29,397 nt of DNA, from NCBI GenBank assembly GCA_036679605.1, contig JAZDCZ010000302.1, positions 1-29,397 of the forward strand, written 5' to 3'. The position numbers and the translations under genes are program-made. The DNA comes from Gemmatimonadota bacterium (lineage in GTDB: Bacteria; Gemmatimonadota; Gemmatimonadetes; Gemmatimonadales; GWC2-71-9). A model generated the notes under the pieces. The model had not been told where the DNA came from and ran no database searches. It was given only the letters and a program-made list of their open reading frames with translations. Below, piece after piece: positions 7,519 to 17,512 of the stretch. The first letter of the stretch is position 1. The number at the start of each line of letters is the position of its first letter.

Positions 7519-10500
7519 TCAACTGCGGCAGCGCGCCTTCATCCGCCGGTACTTCATTCGGCCGAATCCGGCGAGCAACAGCAAACCGCTCGCGCCACCA
7601 ATCGTGCCACACGGAGCTCCCGCACCACACCGATTTCCAAACTCAGCGTCAATGCTCAGTCCCTTACTCAGCGGGATTCCCGTCGAAAGAGATTCGCTTA
7701 GAACATCACCAGATTCCAGATCTCTCCAATGAAGAAACTCGCAGGGCTCCGGACAATCGGCATCTTCTGGCCAAACGACGCAGACGCAATCAAATTGATT
7801 GATCGGGCAATCGGTTTCGCAGGCTGGATCAGAATTGCGTATCATCGCCTGGATTGTATCGCCCTTCCGGAAATCTCTGGCAGCAGTCAAGGGATCTGTA
7901 TTGGTTCCACCCACTGGCGTCGTCACGCTGAGGCTGATCTCAACCGTTTCAGCACAGTCTCCATCAAAACAGGCCAAGCCGTCACCACACGGCGCGCCGT
8001 TCGGCCGAATGTCGGTCTCACAAACACCGTTGACACAGAGATCAGGTTCTGTGCAGGGATTGCCGTCATCGCAGTCGATGGCGACCCCGACGCATGTGCC
8101 GTCTGAGCAACTGTCGGACTCAGTACAGGCATCGCCGTCATCGCAACCCTGCCCCTCGCGCGGCGCCGACTCGAATTGGCACACACCCGCGACACACTCA
8201 TCCTGCGTACACGGATTCTCGTCGCTGCAATCAAGTGGCGTACCGGGCTGGCACCCTGTGATCGGATCGCATGTTTCCACGCCGTTGCATGCGTCGCCGT
8301 CATTGCATTGTGCGTCGGATGTGCATGGGCACTCCTCGCACGCATCCGAGGGCTCGCAACAGGCTTCAGCACACGGCAGGTCGCCGGGTTGACATTCTCC
8401 ATCGACACAGGTTTCGGCACCATTGCAGAAGAGCCCATCGTCGCAGTCCACACCGCAGCACGGGTCGGAAATTCCACAGCACGGGTCGGAACTTCCACAG
8501 CACGGGTCAGAGCTTCCACAGCACGGATCTGGATTTCCGCAACATGGGTCGGGAGAGGGCGTGCCCGTACAGGTTCCGCTCTCGCATGAATCGCCGGAGG
8601 TGCAACTGTTGCCATCATTGCAGGATGTCTCGTCCAGTCGCGGCGACCACAGCAATGCATCGGTCAGGGGTTGACACGATTGGCAGGAATTGCCTGGGTT
8701 CTCTTCCCCGTCGGCGTAGCAGGCTCCGGCGATCAGGCAATTCCCAGATTCGACATCGTTGTGGCACTCCTTCAGGGCGTCGACGCAAGTGTCTTCCGTG
8801 CAGTCAATTTCGTCGTCGCATGGGTCCGCCCCTAGTTGGCAACCAGCCACGGCATCGCACGTCTCAATGCCGTCGCAGAACAGGCCATTGCTGCACGCGC
8901 TGTCGTTCGGCGTGTAGACACAGATGCCGCTGGTGCCGCATGAGTTAATAGTGCAATCGACGCCGTCGTCGCAATCGCCGTCATCGTCACACAGGCAGCC
9001 ATCGTTCACTTCGTCGCAATCCAGCCCGGGGCACGGATCTGTGCCGGGCTGGCAATCCTGCACGGGATCGCATGTCTCCGATCCATTGCACCAGGCGCCG
9101 TTGTCACACAGGCCGTTGGACGGAATGTTGTCACAGGAGTCCGTGCTCTCATTGCAAGAGTCTAGGGTACAGTCCACGCCGTCATTGCAATCCACATCCG
9201 TTCCCGGCTGGCAGTCCGCTACGGGATCGCACGTTTCACTTCCGTCGCACCAGGATCCATCATCGCAGAGGCCGTTTGATGGAATGTTGTCGCAGGAGTG
9301 GGTGCCCTCATTGCACGAGTCCACGGTGCAGCTCACGCCGTCATTACAATCCACATCCGCTCCCGGCTGGCAGTCCGCCACGGGATCGCACGTCTCACTT
9401 CCGTCGCACCAGGATCCATTGTCGCACAGCCCGTTGCTGGCGATGTTGTCGCAAGAGTCATCGCTTTCGTCGCACGAATCCACCGTGCAGCCTACGCCGT
9501 CATTGCAGTCGATGCTAGCGCCCACCCGACACCGGCCGGAAGCGTCACAAGTCTCCATCCCGTTACAAGACTGACCATCGTCGCAATCTGCATTTGTCTC
9601 ACAACCTTGGTATGGGAACGTGATCAACACTTGTCCACCCTGGAAGTCTTGCTGTGCCAGGGTCAGAACATTCGCTCCCATCATGATGGAATCTGCGACA
9701 TCGACTGTAGTCTGCCCCACAAATTGCCCGGAGGGGAATGGAAGCGAAGTTCCATTCATGGATAGATTGAGGTCCGCAACGTGAAGAGCGTTACCCCACA
9801 GATTCAGATCGAACACATACATCTTATCCGGCAACGGCACGTCAAGCGCGTTAATCTCCACATTCTGCGGAAACCATCGATCATATGGGCGATAGCCTAG
9901 CCCGTTGTCGTCCCTGGCTGCTTCAATTAATCCCCAACGCTGCCGCGGCCAGAACACGGTCGAGCGCGGCGGCTCCGCCGTCGTGTCATCGGGATTAAGA
10001 ATATGAAGCATGCCTCCATCGACCGCCCATATGTATCCATCCCCATCACAGTAAGCAAATTCCCGCGAAGAGGTTATCTGTGTCGCGCTCTTCCAAACCG
10101 TCCCGTCTGCACCAATCACCCCGTAGTAGTACGTCGACGTATTCGTATCTCGTGCGAGCGCCAGCCACACCTTGCCATCGTTGTCCACCATAATGTCATA
10201 AGCCAACCATTCATCATCTATCTCTACGTGGTCGGGCTCTAAAGGTGGGTTTAGCGTCGTGCTTGGTACAACAATACTGTCGTCGAGCGACCGCACCTGA
10301 TATCGCACGTTCTGCCGGTCATCGCCGTTGGGCGTACTCCAATACTCGTACCACAGAAGAATCACGTTGGCACCGCAGCGAAATACCCCTTCATAGTGAG
10401 CACGCTTGGGGCGTGCTATGGTCTCGACTATCGTTCGTGGGACGACTTCATTCCCTTGATAACTGAATCCAGCGTACCAGACTTCATCAGGATCGGTGGA

Positions 10501-13500
10501 TGTCGCGCCATATGTTCTGCCCATAGCATACACGCGATCATGAATGTCCGTTCTTGGGACATAAATGCCATCGTCGAGGACGAACGCTCCATCGTACGAC
10601 GCAAGAAGCGCATTACTGTCGTCATAAATGTCAAAGCCAATCCTTTGGTATTGATAGTACTCGTTGCCGCCGCCGGTGTTCTCCTTGGCGAGCTTTTCTT
10701 CTTTCCAGATATGCCATATATATTGGCCAACGGCGAATGAAGCCCCATTGAGAAATTGAAACCCCTCGGCATACGTGCCATCCCACTGCACTCCTGGATG
10801 GAAGCGAGCAATCCGTTCGGGGACGCTAATGCCAGTTTCGCTTACTTCGTTGATTAGTACCCATGCAGAACGCTCATACGCTGAGCCAGGGTTAAAGTAC
10901 CTGGACGCCAAGTGCCATACATTGCCACCATCATCCAGATATCGGCCGATAAGATAGCTATTCCATGGTGCATAACCCGGAGATATCATATAGTTTGGAA
11001 GTCCCAAGGGGACGGCGACGTGTTGACCCCATCCAAAGTAGACAATCTTGCCCCAAACGATCTCGTATTCCGCGGTGCCACCTGGAGGAATAAGAGTAGG
11101 CAAAATGACGACCCACCCGCGCGCGGCCTCAGTAATGGTTCCGGGAACCCCCAACTCGCCCGCAACGATCGTGTTGGCACCGACTGGCGTTGATGTGCCG
11201 GAAGAATGAATACTCACCGGCGTCAAATGCGGATCATTCATGCCAGAGTGCTCGGGCAACAGTACGAACCTGTCGCCCGGTTGGCCGCCTTCGAGGGGCA
11301 CCTCCAGCGTCACTCTGCTGGCCCAGATGCCACGATCGATTCGGCTCGTCGAAGCGACCCTTGGGGCAGCATTGACGACAAATGTGTGGCTAGTTAGTAC
11401 GCCCACAGTACTAGTCTCATCGCCTGTGAAATTGCCCGCCTCATCCTTGCCTCGGACCCAGAACGTGTACGTTCCGTTGGGTAGATCGTACAGTGCCGAC
11501 GTAATTGTGGCCCAGGCAGACCATCCCGTGTCAACCCCGTCAAGTCTGTACTGATACAAGAGAGCCTGGGCGCCGCTGACATCGTCGGCGCCGATCCACG
11601 TGAACGACACCGCTGAATCCTCTCCGACGGCTGGGGGAAATGCCAGCAACGAGGTGGTCGGTACCAGTGTGTCCCACGAGAAAGCGGTGACGCTTACGCC
11701 GGTCTGATGATCACAATGTTCACGAAAAGTGAATCCCCCCGGGGAAAACGCGTATCCATCCGCAGATAACGCGACGGATACCGTCACTCCACCACTCGCC
11801 GCGAAGGAGAAATTCCCGTCATTTGTATGCACAACATCCTGTTGCACTGGGCTATTGAGCGTTACGTCGACGCCTCCCGGGACCGGAGTGCCATTCTCCA
11901 GTAATACTGTCCCACTAACGACATAGGTTATATCTTGGCGATAACTGTAATCAAGATACAAATCAACGTATTCCGCCGTCGGGCCGAGTTGGAACCAACG
12001 GGTACAGGTGCCGCTCGCTACCGGTGATCCATTCACATATAGCTCGCTGCCATCACACTCGTAGCTAGGACAGCACGCGGTGGCGCTATACCATACTTCC
12101 ACATCCGCACCGGCGGGAACCGTAAACGTAAACTCATCGCGGTCAAGCGGGATGTCAATTCGATTGCCCCATCCCCATGCACTGAACTCCATACATGGCG
12201 AGAGAGGACCACCGTCGACGTTCACGTGAACCGTCACCGGCACATCGGACGAGGGATATACAGTCGGTCCGCTGCGCCAGGGCGTCTGGATGCTGGCGAA
12301 CTCGGTATCAGCAAAGAAGAACGAATGCACATATGATCCCGGTGGAAGAACCGTCGTATAGGCATACGTTCCGTCAGAGAAGCTGCCACCGATTAATGCC
12401 ATATCACCGCCTAGGTCCTCTGGGGATCCGCTTGGTTTTACATAGACTTTCTTGTAGTCGGGATGGGGTGCCTGTCCGTCAGGATCATAATAGTGTACGG
12501 CGAATTCGAATTCCGTGGATTCGTTGCCGGATGACGGCGTGACACGTGGATTCGTCAGGGTTGGTGGACTGTTGGGCGGCTGCACAAGAAGTTGTGTACT
12601 AGCGACCGGGCCCCATTCTACTTGATTGAAATCTGTGGTGGCCCGGGCAAGAATACCGTGGATTCCAACTGCCCATGAGGCCACAGTGTTCGCCTGCCAG
12701 TCGCTGCCAGATTGCCAACCCGCGCCGAGAAAATCATCCGTTGACGGACTGATCAAACCGTCTCCGTCGACATCGCGGTAGAACTCGACGGCCACAATCG
12801 CCGCCCCGTCTGGGTCAATGACATCTGTCGCTTGTATGTTTATGAACTTGCCTTGGGGTGTGGGGTTGGGGCTAACGGCAATGGCGTTGATGACAGGAAG
12901 TCCGGGCGGTGTAGGTTGGAGTACAAGAGTGACGTCGGTTACTTGGATTTCATAGTCAGAGGCGCCGACATGTGCCCCCCAGGCAGTCGCGACACTTAAT
13001 GACGATGCGTAAGCGATCGTTTTGACTTCTAGATCATATGCGGCGCCTGCTTCGAGGAAGGCCCCGCCGAGGTGCAATATGATCTGCGATGGTGGGGGTG
13101 CCTCGCAGACAGGAACAGCGGCGCTTTCGAGAGTTTGAAAGAGTGTAATTAGGTCGCCAACGGCGCCGAGGCCAGCGAGACTCAAGAGTTCATTAAGAAC
13201 GCCGTTTGCGACAATCTCCCATGCTTCATCCAGATCGGTCGCGCACAACTGGTTAGTATCACCCCAACCGCGTCGTACCCCTCCGTCGAGGATCTGTGCG
13301 ACGAGCCAGAGACTGAAACTCCCGTCGGCGTTTCCGGGCAAAAGAAATGAATTGCCAACTGAGAAAGCTTTTCCTTGGACGGACAAAGTAACATAGGCAC
13401 TGTACCAACCACTAACACCGGGCGGTGAGATTGGGATATGGAGGATGTCGTCTTGTTCGACACCTACCCCGCCAGGAATAAAGAGAGTGGAGAAGGAACT

Positions 13501-13719
13501 CGCAACGACGCTGCTGCGGATGATCCCTTGGCTTGGATTGTTGGCGCCGCCTGGATCGTATCGACTTCCGTATTCGTAATCGATTCCGCGTATTCCGTAG
13601 GTAACATGAACTTCTTTGTGGCGCGACTGTGTAGCACCTGCGTACGGTGGGCCATCGGCTTTAGCTTGGGTAGCAAGAATGAGGCAAGTGATGGCGAAAC
13701 CGCGAAGTCGACCGTTCAT
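7519..13719 (-). CDS. Giant secreted, surface-anchored multidomain protein with Cys-rich repeats
   Basis: 2066 aa. Signal peptide (..ILATQAKA), Ig-like and carboxypeptidase-regulatory-like modules, Y_Y_Y-like module (YQYRLDG..W..GTYTFWVRGKD), many CxDGxxCxxDxC repeats, C-terminal CGAGAPCG + hydrophobic + basic tail. AAGGA RBS. Confidence 0.92.
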   Translation of the reverse strand: MNGRLRGFAITCLILATQAKADGPPYAGATQSRHKEVHVTYGIRGIDYEYGSRYDPGGANNPSQGIIRSSVVASSFSTLFIPGGVGVEQDDILHIPISPPGVSGWYSAYVTLSVQGKAFSVGNSFLLPGNADGSFSLWLVAQILDGGVRRGWGDTNQLCATDLDEAWEIVANGVLNELLSLAGLGAVGDLITLFQTLESAAVPVCEAPPPSQIILHLGGAFLEAGAAYDLEVKTIAYASSLSVATAWGAHVGASDYEIQVTDVTLVLQPTPPGLPVINAIAVSPNPTPQGKFINIQATDVIDPDGAAIVAVEFYRDVDGDGLISPSTDDFLGAGWQSGSDWQANTVASWAVGIHGILARATTDFNQVEWGPVASTQLLVQPPNSPPTLTNPRVTPSSGNESTEFEFAVHYYDPDGQAPHPDYKKVYVKPSGSPEDLGGDMALIGGSFSDGTYAYTTVLPPGSYVHSFFFADTEFASIQTPWRSGPTVYPSSDVPVTVHVNVDGGPLSPCMEFSAWGWGNRIDIPLDRDEFTFTVPAGADVEVWYSATACCPSYECDGSELYVNGSPVASGTCTRWFQLGPTAEYVDLYLDYSYRQDITYVVSGTVLLENGTPVPGGVDVTLNSPVQQDVVHTNDGNFSFAASGGVTVSVALSADGYAFSPGGFTFREHCDHQTGVSVTAFSWDTLVPTTSLLAFPPAVGEDSAVSFTWIGADDVSGAQALLYQYRLDGVDTGWSAWATITSALYDLPNGTYTFWVRGKDEAGNFTGDETSTVGVLTSHTFVVNAAPRVASTSRIDRGIWASRVTLEVPLEGGQPGDRFVLLPEHSGMNDPHLTPVSIHSSGTSTPVGANTIVAGELGVPGTITEAARGWVVILPTLIPPGGTAEYEIVWGKIVYFGWGQHVAVPLGLPNYMISPGYAPWNSYLIGRYLDDGGNVWHLASRYFNPGSAYERSAWVLINEVSETGISVPERIARFHPGVQWDGTYAEGFQFLNGASFAVGQYIWHIWKEEKLAKENTGGGNEYYQYQRIGFDIYDDSNALLASYDGAFVLDDGIYVPRTDIHDRVYAMGRTYGATSTDPDEVWYAGFSYQGNEVVPRTIVETIARPKRAHYEGVFRCGANVILLWYEYWSTPNGDDRQNVRYQVRSLDDSIVVPSTTLNPPLEPDHVEIDDEWLAYDIMVDNDGKVWLALARDTNTSTYYYGVIGADGTVWKSATQITSSREFAYCDGDGYIWAVDGGMLHILNPDDTTAEPPRSTVFWPRQRWGLIEAARDDNGLGYRPYDRWFPQNVEINALDVPLPDKMYVFDLNLWGNALHVADLNLSMNGTSLPFPSGQFVGQTTVDVADSIMMGANVLTLAQQDFQGGQVLITFPYQGCETNADCDDGQSCNGMETCDASGRCRVGASIDCNDGVGCTVDSCDESDDSCDNIASNGLCDNGSWCDGSETCDPVADCQPGADVDCNDGVSCTVDSCNEGTHSCDNIPSNGLCDDGSWCDGSETCDPVADCQPGTDVDCNDGVDCTLDSCNESTDSCDNIPSNGLCDNGAWCNGSETCDPVQDCQPGTDPCPGLDCDEVNDGCLCDDDGDCDDGVDCTINSCGTSGICVYTPNDSACSNGLFCDGIETCDAVAGCQLGADPCDDEIDCTEDTCVDALKECHNDVESGNCLIAGACYADGEENPGNSCQSCQPLTDALLWSPRLDETSCNDGNSCTSGDSCESGTCTGTPSPDPCCGNPDPCCGSSDPCCGSSDPCCGISDPCCGVDCDDGLFCNGAETCVDGECQPGDLPCAEACCEPSDACEECPCTSDAQCNDGDACNGVETCDPITGCQPGTPLDCSDENPCTQDECVAGVCQFESAPREGQGCDDGDACTESDSCSDGTCVGVAIDCDDGNPCTEPDLCVNGVCETDIRPNGAPCGDGLACFDGDCAETVEISLSVTTPVGGTNTDPLTAARDFRKGDTIQAMIRNSDPACETDCPINQFDCVCVVWPEDADCPEPCEFLHWRDLESGDVLSESLSTGIPLSKGLSIDAEFGNRCGAGAPCGTIGGASGLLLLAGFGRMKYRRMKARCRS
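8456..8552. repeat. 21-bp tandem repeat (~5 copies) encoding DPCCGxx
   Basis: CAGCACGGGTCGGAAATTCCA-type units start at 8456, 8477, 8498, 8519 and 8540 (degenerate). Confidence 0.9.
9040..9512. repeat. 159-bp (53-aa) tandem repeat x3
   Basis: CGGGATCG anchor recurs at 9063, 9222 and 9381. Protein unit DCNDGVxCTxDSCxExxxSCDNIxSNGLCDxGxWCxGSETCDPVxDCQPG. Confidence 0.92.
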
Positions 13720-13821
13720 AGCTTAAGTCCTTTTTTGAGTACAGTTCTGCTCAGGACCAATTCTTTCATCCGGGCGTGTCTTTATGATGCTCGGCAGGGT
13801 GGATCTATTCTGCCTCGCATA

Positions 13822-14040
13822 TCAATGGAATCTCCTGACGGCGAAATATGAGAGACGCCGCAGGCCGTTCTCGTAACGCGTCCAGCTTTTCCTTCGCTTC
13901 TCGGGCCCAGGCTTGCAGCCTGGGCAGTTGTGGCTGAACCTTGTGCTATCGTTGTCCGGCGTGACGGATGGGCAGCCTGAACTCAAGCCGAGGGCGACTG
14001 CAAGGATGGCGAACGGCAGCAGTGTTTGATCGAGACGCAT
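13822..14040 (-). pseudogene. Short ORF with lipoprotein signal, possibly a gene remnant
   Basis: ATG 14040: MRLDQTLLPFAILAVALGLSSGC has a good lipobox but only ~50 residues follow, crossing a perfect DNA hairpin at 13905-13925. Confidence 0.35.
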
Positions 14041-14543
14041 TTGTAGCACCTGAGCAGTAGGCCGTCCGCAGGCGCACTTTCCTCTCCAGTAGCGCTGTAG
14101 CAAACGCCCGGTTGTGTTAGCAGCCCAGGTGATGTGTGGCGGATTCTAGCCCGAACTTGGCAGCCGAGTGATTAGGCCAACCAAGTCCCTCTTTGAGCCG
14201 TCGCGCCTACCCTGGCTGCTGTGATGAAAGCTAAAGCCATAGTAACAAAGCGCTCGATCTCCAGCAAGAGCCGAGCTCCGAGAATACATGCGTCATCTGA
14301 GCGGGGGGAGCGCACTTCTTTCCCGGCTCGCCGGTCATCGGCGAATAACCGTGGGCGAGCGCGTCTCCGGCAGACGGGAAGGCACCCCAGCTTGTCACGT
14401 GGTCCAGACCTAAACCGCCCATCCCGGCACCTGTCGCTTGAAGCAGCACTGAACCGGACGATTGCATTCGGGTGGACGTGGGTTAATTCACATCAATGGC
14501 ACGGATCGACGCCCTCGAGCGTCGCTGAGAAATACGACCTGAC

Positions 14544-17465
14544 TTACGAGTCATCGAGCCCCAGTTCTCGTAGTGCAGCCCGCGCTTCCTGTTCTCTCGT
14601 GGCCGACTCAGCGTCATCAACCGCGACCTCAAAGCTCACCGTAAGTCGTAGATCGGGGTTTCCCGCATGTTTGCTCACGACTTTCGTATAGAAGTTCATC
14701 CACTTTTGTGGCGGAACCGACCCTGACCATCGAATGATCGTCTTGCCAGACGGGCCGGGATCTGGACCGGGTTCTGGTCCGCTCCCCTTCGTCACTCGGA
14801 CCTGGACGGAGCTGTCGATTGCATTCGCTTTGGCCGTGACTACGAAAGCACCTGCGTCGTCGTTTGCAGTGAATTCGCCAAGCTCGTCAATCTCGCCTCC
14901 GGTCGCAGCCCAGGTAATGGGGCCGGTCTCAAATGGCTGGCCGTATTGATCGACACCCGTTGCCGCGAAGGTGGCCTTTTCCTTGACTTTGATCGTCACG
15001 TATTCCGGGGTGACCTTCAACCTGGCGAGCTTCGGCGGTTCCTGTAGTCGGCGGGCATCCTCCGCCTTCAGAATAAACACGTCGTCAGCGATCTCGACGG
15101 CCGCTTCGTCCATGCTCTCGTCGAATTTCTCAAGGGTGACGCCGCCATCTGGGTCTTCCCTCGCGTATCCTATAAGGGCCTGCGTGACGCCGTCTGCGAT
15201 GGTTCGCTTAACCGAGTCTGCTTGCATGAGTCGTGGAAGCGCGGGCGAGGAGTAGAATGCATTTCGCACGCCTTTGGTCGACCACTTGTCTAACGCAGGC
15301 GGCCAATACTTCAACAGACGATTCGCCCCAACGCCGGACGTGATCTCGTCGTCCTTCACCAGTTCGTTGATGATGAGTTCCACGAGCGACGACGCCATAC
15401 TCGAGGTGATCTGGCCAAGATCCCTTTCCTTCAGGGTATTGCCCTTGCCGAGAAGGTAGACGTGGCGATAGGTACGCCAGATGGCTTCCTTGAGGTCCGC
15501 CTTGGCTCGACCGGCGCCTCGTATGAGTTGTTTCTTTTGAGTGTCATCGAGCCGCTCTTTCGTTTCCTCGTCGTCCTCGATCTCTTCCCATGCGAGAATG
15601 TCGCGGACTGCGGCTGTTACTGCATCCGCGCTCTCCGGAACGATGAACACAAGCGCCGACTTCATGGTTCGTCCTGAAGTCCCGCACTCACGTACGATTT
15701 GTTCCATCCACGCTCTTGTCGCCTTGCTATCCGCAGGATGTTCGGGGCCGAGAATCACCAGCGTGAGTATCGGACGATCCGGAACATCGTTCGTCTTGGT
15801 CGGCCAAGGCCGGCGGTCAAGATCGATGTCGCGTGGGCCGCCCTTGAAGATGGTCTCGATCTCTTTTTTTATTCGCTGGTCAATCGCCGATGACTGAATG
15901 CCTGCTCGTCGGTCCGTGAGAATCTTGTTCAGATTCGGGCTAAGGCTGAATTTGTAGTAGCTGCCATCCTGAGAAAGGTAATAGCTGGACCGCACAAGTT
16001 CTTCGAGCACCGTGTCCACGTTGGGCAACAACAAATCTGGCGAGCCTACGGCCATCTTGATTTCCGGAATCGAGGCGCGATGCTTGGACTGGCCACCGTT
16101 GGACTCGAACAAGATCGCCGTGGACACCTTCTGATGCAGCCGGTACTTCTTGATCTCGTTCGACGCCTCCCTATCGAGTCGCAGAGACCAAGCGTCGCTC
16201 TTGCCGGCGATGTCTGTGGTCACCGGTCCTTCCAAGTCGTTTGAACCAAGTTGCTCGAACATTGCTGCGCGAAAGGTCGGGTCTTCGATCGGCGCGGATC
16301 CCAGGCCAATCAAATGGTCGCCCTTGCTGCCCGCTCGCTGGTGCTCCTTCTGGAAAGCGTAAGACACCCAGATCGCCAGTAACCGCAGAATCCCGCGGGT
16401 GCGCTGGAAACGCGGGAGCGTTTGCCATTTCCGCTCGAACACGGATAGCACAGCCGGGTGGAAGGGATAGGCTGCAAGAAACAACTCGCGAGCGTTGCTG
16501 GCGTCGACCCCGCTCAACTCGGTGGCATGATCAATCGCCCAGTCGGCGTATTCGAGCGCGACCTTGCGACCGTCTTCCGGCAGACCACCCCACTCAAACA
16601 GGCGGCGCCGGATGATCTCGGCAGATTCCGTCTCCGCCGACATCATGATGGCTTTGCCAAGTCGATCCAGCAGTTTCTTGAGGGATTCGTGGTCGCGCGT
16701 ATCTTCCGGGTTCATCTCCAAATCGGACGCCGGAATCGACGCACAGACAATCATATTGTCACGCGCCCGGGTTTCCTCGCACAGATTCTGCATGAAGTTG
16801 AAGAACTCATCGCGCAATCCCGTCTTGCGGCCACGGCTGATGAAGTTGATCAGCTCGTCCATGAGAATGAGCACCGGGCCGTCGGGCAGCATCTTGCGGA
16901 TGACATCTCCGCCAGGTGCGATCTTCTGCGCGTCGTGTTCTTCGACCGCTTTGAACGACTCATTGCCACCGAGTTGCCATGCGATTTCCCCCCACGGCGT
17001 TCTACGGATTGGCTCTCCGTTTTCGCCCCGGCCATGGATTACGTCGAACTCCGTTCCCACAAAAACCGCCACGTCGGCCTGCTCAATCGTCGAAATCTGG
17101 GCCTTTTCGAGGATACCGTTCACGCCTTTCCAGGCCTTCGCCGTGTCGCCGCCTTTCGCGAGGTGATAGAGGGCCAAGAGCGCGTGGGTTTTTCCGCCAC
17201 CGAACTGCGTAGCCATGTTGAATACTGCAGACGTCTCGACCTTGATGCCAGATAGACGGCGAACGACCTGCGAAGACAGGTCCGTCAGAGCTTTGGTCAT
17301 GAACGTGCGGTCGAAAAAACGCTCGGGCCGCGTGTAGTCCTCGTGCGCTCGGCCGAAGCGCACGTGATCTAGGTGGACGGCAAACTCGGACGCATCCAGC
17401 GGACGGTTTTCCCGCAGATCCTCGCGCGGGGTGACGACGTGGTACCAGGGCTTCAGCTTGGCCAT
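14544..17465 (-). CDS. DUF499-family AAA+ ATPase with C-terminal Ig-like domain
   Basis: 973 aa. LKPWYHVVTPREDL..EFAVHL N-terminus, Walker A TQFGGGKTH, Walker B LILMDEL, YPFHP, FQRTRGILRLLA; these motifs are typical of DUF499 proteins. Confidence 0.9.
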   Translation of the reverse strand: MAKLKPWYHVVTPREDLRENRPLDASEFAVHLDHVRFGRAHEDYTRPERFFDRTFMTKALTDLSSQVVRRLSGIKVETSAVFNMATQFGGGKTHALLALYHLAKGGDTAKAWKGVNGILEKAQISTIEQADVAVFVGTEFDVIHGRGENGEPIRRTPWGEIAWQLGGNESFKAVEEHDAQKIAPGGDVIRKMLPDGPVLILMDELINFISRGRKTGLRDEFFNFMQNLCEETRARDNMIVCASIPASDLEMNPEDTRDHESLKKLLDRLGKAIMMSAETESAEIIRRRLFEWGGLPEDGRKVALEYADWAIDHATELSGVDASNARELFLAAYPFHPAVLSVFERKWQTLPRFQRTRGILRLLAIWVSYAFQKEHQRAGSKGDHLIGLGSAPIEDPTFRAAMFEQLGSNDLEGPVTTDIAGKSDAWSLRLDREASNEIKKYRLHQKVSTAILFESNGGQSKHRASIPEIKMAVGSPDLLLPNVDTVLEELVRSSYYLSQDGSYYKFSLSPNLNKILTDRRAGIQSSAIDQRIKKEIETIFKGGPRDIDLDRRPWPTKTNDVPDRPILTLVILGPEHPADSKATRAWMEQIVRECGTSGRTMKSALVFIVPESADAVTAAVRDILAWEEIEDDEETKERLDDTQKKQLIRGAGRAKADLKEAIWRTYRHVYLLGKGNTLKERDLGQITSSMASSLVELIINELVKDDEITSGVGANRLLKYWPPALDKWSTKGVRNAFYSSPALPRLMQADSVKRTIADGVTQALIGYAREDPDGGVTLEKFDESMDEAAVEIADDVFILKAEDARRLQEPPKLARLKVTPEYVTIKVKEKATFAATGVDQYGQPFETGPITWAATGGEIDELGEFTANDDAGAFVVTAKANAIDSSVQVRVTKGSGPEPGPDPGPSGKTIIRWSGSVPPQKWMNFYTKVVSKHAGNPDLRLTVSFEVAVDDAESATREQEARAALRELGLDDS

Positions 17466-17494
17466 GAGTGCGTACCTTTTCTTTGTCGCTCAGC

Positions 17495-17512
17495 GGGGCT
17501 GACGTCAGCCCC
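17495..17512. repeat. Perfect 18-bp palindrome GGGGCTGACGTCAGCCCC
   Basis: Self-complementary. Overlaps the stop codon of 17505-18128 and lies 30 bp upstream of the DUF499 start. Confidence 0.85.

Noticed and set aside
8456..9512. Regular repeats as a possible CRISPR array
   Set aside because: Units are contiguous multiples of 3 without unique spacers, lie in frame within a CDS, and no cas genes are present.
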